Below, piece after piece: positions 62,787 through 64,000 of a stretch of 64,000 bases of DNA. Source of the stretch: Vermamoeba vermiformis (Eukaryota); the NCBI GenBank assembly GCA_045837725.1, contig JBEWZL010000282.1, positions 62,001-126,000 of the forward strand, read 5' to 3'. Under the pieces are notes generated by a model. That model was given only the letters and a program-made list of their open reading frames with translations. It was not told the DNA's origin and did not search any database. Numbering within the stretch: position 1 is the first letter of the stretch; each line of letters opens with the position of its first letter. The position numbers were made by a program, and so were the translations under genes.

Positions 62787-64000
62787 TTACAGCTTGAGCT
62801 TGCTCAAACGAGCTTTCATTGCACAATCGTTGAATGCTCTAATATAATTATCGCACAGAGTCAAATCACTCTTGTTCTCTGAATAGCACTTGGTCATCGC
62901 GATCTGCTCTTTTTCGCACACAGACACTTGTTCTTGTGTTGATGCTCGACCAGCACTAATAATATAATACTGTCAGTGACTGCTAGCTAATAAATATATC
63001 TAATAAAAAATCACAAGAGGCTTATTAAGTTGAAAAAATATGTAAAAAGTGTGCGTGTGCACGCAAGTTACGCGCTCAATTTAACGATATCATAATATTA
63101 TTCGATAATAATTTGCAATGTAATGTATAATAGATGACATCTATATAACATAGGTATATCGAATACTAATAAGTATCATTTGTAATCGCGTACGATACGC
63201 TCCAAAATGCCCCAACGCAATTGTATAAAAAATTGATTGCCAGTTGAAATCAATATTAAATATTATTAATATTACGCGATAGTACTTACTTAGTCTCGTT
63301 AAATTGGTCAACTATGCTCTTGATAGCATTAGCTTGTCGTTCCTCTTGTTCTTGCAACTGTTTCATGTTTTCCTCCATCTGCTTTACTTTTTCGTCTCGT
63401 TGCTTTTCAATTTTGTTCAAAATACTGCTCTTAGTGTCTTTAATAGTCTCAGCAGGAACTTCAGTATTAGCAGCGGGCTGTCTGTGTCTGGCAGATCGAG
63501 TTCGATCGGAGCGGTCTGGATGTGCTTCTAAATTATTAACTGCATCGTGCATAGTCTCAGCCATTAAATCATCGACACGTGATTCGTTTAATTTGTGGTG
63601 TTTGTTGTCATAGACATCTGTAACTGGTTCTTCTCGATCTGATTGTCCTTGTGGCACATGAGACTCTTCATGATTTTCTTGTACGTGCCCTAGTATAATA
63701 ATATTAATACGAAATTATAAGAGGTAAAAATTATTGGCGTTTATTGAATGGAAATAATAAAATCTTCGTGAACTTACTTGGAACAAATACTGGCCTTCGT
63801 ACTCCTAAAAATACGTTAATAATTAATACAAAATATAATAATAATTATTAGCGAGTCTCCTTCGAAACAGCAGGATCTATTTCAAAAATTATTTAATCTT
63901 ACCTGCGCTTACTCTGGCTCGTTTACGAGCAGCCAATTCATCTACAACAGTTTCATCGAACTAAATATATTATCATATTAAAATACTGTTTCAAGCATTG
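62787..64000 (-). CDS. Coiled-coil protein with C-terminal twin CX9C (CHCH) motif, Mic19/CHCHD3-like; 5' end outside the window
   Basis: Terminal exon VCEKEQIAMTKCYSENKSDLTLCDNYIRAFNDC and coiled-coil ORF 63286-63657. Confidence 0.6.

Noticed and set aside
1-64000. CRISPR arrays, tRNA or rRNA genes, prokaryotic operons
   Set aside because: No repeat-spacer periodicity, cloverleaf or rRNA sequence recognised. The DNA is spliceosomal-intron-rich and eukaryotic.

Overview
Gene-dense, AT-rich, intron-rich eukaryotic DNA from a protist. An amoebozoan-like lineage is my inference, from the short (~45-60 nt) introns, F-box/LRR expansions and one U12-type intron. About 28 spliced protein genes can be reconstructed, including DUF4385, P450, SDR, ECHDC3-like, EF-hand, RlmM-like methyltransferase, GlcNAc 2-epimerase, RING E3, sirtuin, SLC35B transporter, cytochrome b5 reductase, LON-RING, COMMD2, DUF455, Mic19-like, F-box/LRR arrays and a multipass membrane family. 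The standout is a 7.27-kb non-LTR retrotransposon (36495-43762) with a perfect 17-bp TSD. One continuous frame fuses a hydrophobic leader, an RRM-type ORF1, a ubiquitin-like LKLVGG motif, a Tudor-like domain, APE and RT, followed after a +1 shift by RNase H and a zinc finger. It carries two TACTAAC intron candidates whose removal would create immediate stops, so only unspliced RNA would encode RT. Also notable: a secreted tandem polyprotein with an internal GPI-signal/signal-peptide junction, a U12 intron in COMMD2, several GC-AG introns and a dispersed TGACACGTGTCA palindrome. All gene models were made by eye and no database searches were run.
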